This document shows, piece after piece, positions 62,697 through 64,000 of a stretch of 64,000 nt of DNA. The notes beneath the pieces are model-generated. The model saw nothing but the letters and a program-made list of their open reading frames with translations. It was not told where the DNA came from and ran no database searches. Numbering within the stretch: the stretch's first letter is position 1; the number at the start of each line of letters is the position of its first letter. The stretch spans positions 27,176 to 91,175 of the forward strand of contig JAFWRM010000053.1 in NCBI GenBank assembly GCA_017519975.1, read 5' to 3'. The DNA comes from Oscillospiraceae bacterium (lineage in GTDB: Bacteria; Bacillota; Clostridia; Oscillospirales; Oscillospiraceae). The translations under genes and the position numbers were made by a program.

Positions 62697-62741
62697 AAAC
62701 GGGGGCGGAAAAGCTGAATGCTTTTCCGCCCCCGTTTCTTT
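62697..62741. terminator. Bidirectional terminator between convergent genes
   Basis: AAACGGGGGCGGAAAAGC-TGAAT-GCTTTTCCGCCCCCGTTT is a perfect 18-bp stem followed by CTTT. Confidence 0.75.
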
Positions 62742-62745
62742 CCGT

Positions 62746-63405
62746 TTACCGCGCTTTCACCGGGACGCTGATCTCCGGCGGCAGCAGATCCAGATCTTCC
62801 TCCTTATCGCCGTACACCACGGCGATATAATGGTCAAAGGCCGACAGTTCCATCTGCAGATGGGTCCTCTTGTTGGAGGGCGTCACCGGCGCCGTGTAGC
62901 TGACCGCCTTTTCTCCGTCGTATCGGACAAAGTTCGAAAGCACCCGGAGATTGGGCGAAAGCAATCCCGACCATGCCAGGATCGGTATGATGAGGTTTCC
63001 GAGCCCCGCAGATACGATGAATACCGGAACATCGTTCTCCTCACAGTATCGCAGCAGCTCCGCGGCCTCGGGCCGCAGCTCGAAATGCAGGTTCGTCAGT
63101 GCGTCCGTATAGGCCTCCGGCGGGATCGGATAACGCAGGAACTGCGCCATCTGCCCGTTCCACCACTTTCTTTCCAGGGCGGCGCGCTCCCCTTCCGCCG
63201 CCTGCTCCAGCGCAGGTGCGTACTCCCGGTAAAGCTCATCCCGAGCTTGGGAAAAAGAGGAGTCATACCCCACGGCCTTCGCCATGGCGTTCATGGTAAC
63301 GTCGCTGTCCGCTGTCGTGATCGTCCCGTCAAAATCGCAGACCACCACCACTTCCCGGTCTCCCGCGGCGTCCCTCGCCGCGACAAGCTGTTCCAGATAA
63401 TACAT
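62746..63405 (-). CDS. HAD-IB-type phosphatase/hydrolase
   Basis: Motif I VVCDFDGTIT, motif II FIVSAG, and a C-terminal GDKEED acidic motif. Confidence 0.65.
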   Translation of the reverse strand: MYYLEQLVAARDAAGDREVVVVCDFDGTITTADSDVTMNAMAKAVGYDSSFSQARDELYREYAPALEQAAEGERAALERKWWNGQMAQFLRYPIPPEAYTDALTNLHFELRPEAAELLRYCEENDVPVFIVSAGLGNLIIPILAWSGLLSPNLRVLSNFVRYDGEKAVSYTAPVTPSNKRTHLQMELSAFDHYIAVVYGDKEEDLDLLPPEISVPVKAR

Positions 63406-63421
63406 CGCTTCTCCTCCGTTT

Positions 63422-64000
63422 CTATCTCCTGAGTCCGTTTCTCTTTCCCCTGAAAAAGGGCCCGTCTCCTCGTTCTATGGCGCGCAGCCGCAGGGGCCGC
63501 CCGGGCAGCAGTGCCTCCAGTTCCCGCCTCGCCTGCCGTTCGTCCCCGAGGACAAGCAGACTCACCGTTCCCTCTTCCATCCTCGCGTCGATGACGGAAG
63601 TGCAGCGGAAAACGGCGTCGTCCAGCCGGGATCCGGCGGGCGTCTTCAGACGGCCCGTGGTCTCCAGCCTTCGGACCACGCTTCCGCACGGGCACCGGCC
63701 CGGTACGAACCGTCCCCTGTCCCCGGTGCGGTAGCGGAACAGCGGCAGCGCTTCAAGCCCGATGGACGTGAGCACCAGTTCCCCCCATGCGCCATCCGGC
63801 AGGCGCTCTCCCTCCTCGCCGACGATCTCAAAGATCAGATCGTTCTCGCGTACATGCATGCCCTCGTGTGCCTGGCATTCCATGGCCCCGCCCAGGCCGC
63901 TTTCCCGCAGACCGTAATGGGTAAAGATGCGCGTTCCCAGCGCCTCCTCGCAGGCAGCCCTGACGGTCGATGGGCATACGTCGCTGCTGACCAGAGCCCT
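63422..64000 (-). CDS. Phenylacetate-CoA-ligase (PaaK/F390-synthetase)-family adenylating enzyme, 3' part (5' end outside the window)
   Basis: The frame is open to the window edge: ...THYGLRESGLGGAMECQAHEGMHVRENDLIFEIV...YRTGDRG is typical of PaaK-like ligases. TAG stop at 63422-63424. Confidence 0.7.
   Translation of the reverse strand, partial: RALVSSDVCPSTVRAACEEALGTRIFTHYGLRESGLGGAMECQAHEGMHVRENDLIFEIVGEEGERLPDGAWGELVLTSIGLEALPLFRYRTGDRGRFVPGRCPCGSVVRRLETTGRLKTPAGSRLDDAVFRCTSVIDARMEEGTVSLLVLGDERQARRELEALLPGRPLRLRAIERGDGPFFRGKRNGLRR

Noticed and set aside
1-64000. CRISPR arrays, IS elements or transposases, integrases, prophage genes, rRNA, and toxin-antitoxin or known defence systems.
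   Set aside because: No direct-repeat/spacer pattern, no terminal inverted repeats, and no ORF with transposase, integrase, phage or defence-system motifs was found on either strand.

Overview
This is a 64-kb chromosomal segment with dense coding on both strands. By hand-sampled 60-nt lines, GC is in the mid-60s % for most of the window. Gene content and order (miaB, mutL-miaA, sepF-divIVA-ileS-lspA-rluD, Opp-type ABC transporter, LemA) suggest a high-GC Firmicute of the Clostridia/Oscillospiraceae type. That assignment is inference only, with no database search.

Housekeeping genes:
- rsmE, an aconitase plus NADP-isocitrate dehydrogenase pair, a TIGR01212 radical-SAM protein, a MATE exporter and an M32 carboxypeptidase.
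- L-serine dehydratase, tRNA-Arg(CCG), miaB, mutL, miaA, sepF, divIVA, ileS, lspA and rluD.

Accessory content that stands out:
1. Three glycyl radical enzyme (GRE) genes share a single activase. Two GREs sit in tandem with the activase, downstream of a LysR gene that also faces a divergent operon (permease, 2x MBL-fold hydrolase, URO-D/MtaA-like methyltransferase). I consider this LysR-centred divergon the best candidate for an uncharacterised anaerobic catabolic system. The second tandem GRE lacks the canonical Cys-x-Glu and Gly-His catalytic motifs.
2. The permease ORF is preceded in frame by a strong RBS, an ATG, 7 further codons and a TAG.
3. A lower-GC island (about 14.1-26.5 kb) carries an enoate-reductase-like flavoenzyme, an Opp-like ABC transporter, LysR, LemA, two MoaF/PAD-like calycin paralogues and another URO-D methyltransferase.
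4. A corrinoid-maintenance module holds a RACo-like activator, DUF2284, a 60-aa Cys-rich ORF, a third URO-D methyltransferase, and a split COG0523 GTPase plus a His/Cys-rich C-terminal protein. No corrinoid-binding protein gene is present anywhere in the window.

No CRISPR array, IS element, prophage or rRNA was seen. Many long antisense or out-of-frame ORFs in the track are high-GC artefacts. All functional calls rest on motif recognition by eye. Substrates of the GREs, MBLs and methyltransferases cannot be assigned from sequence alone.
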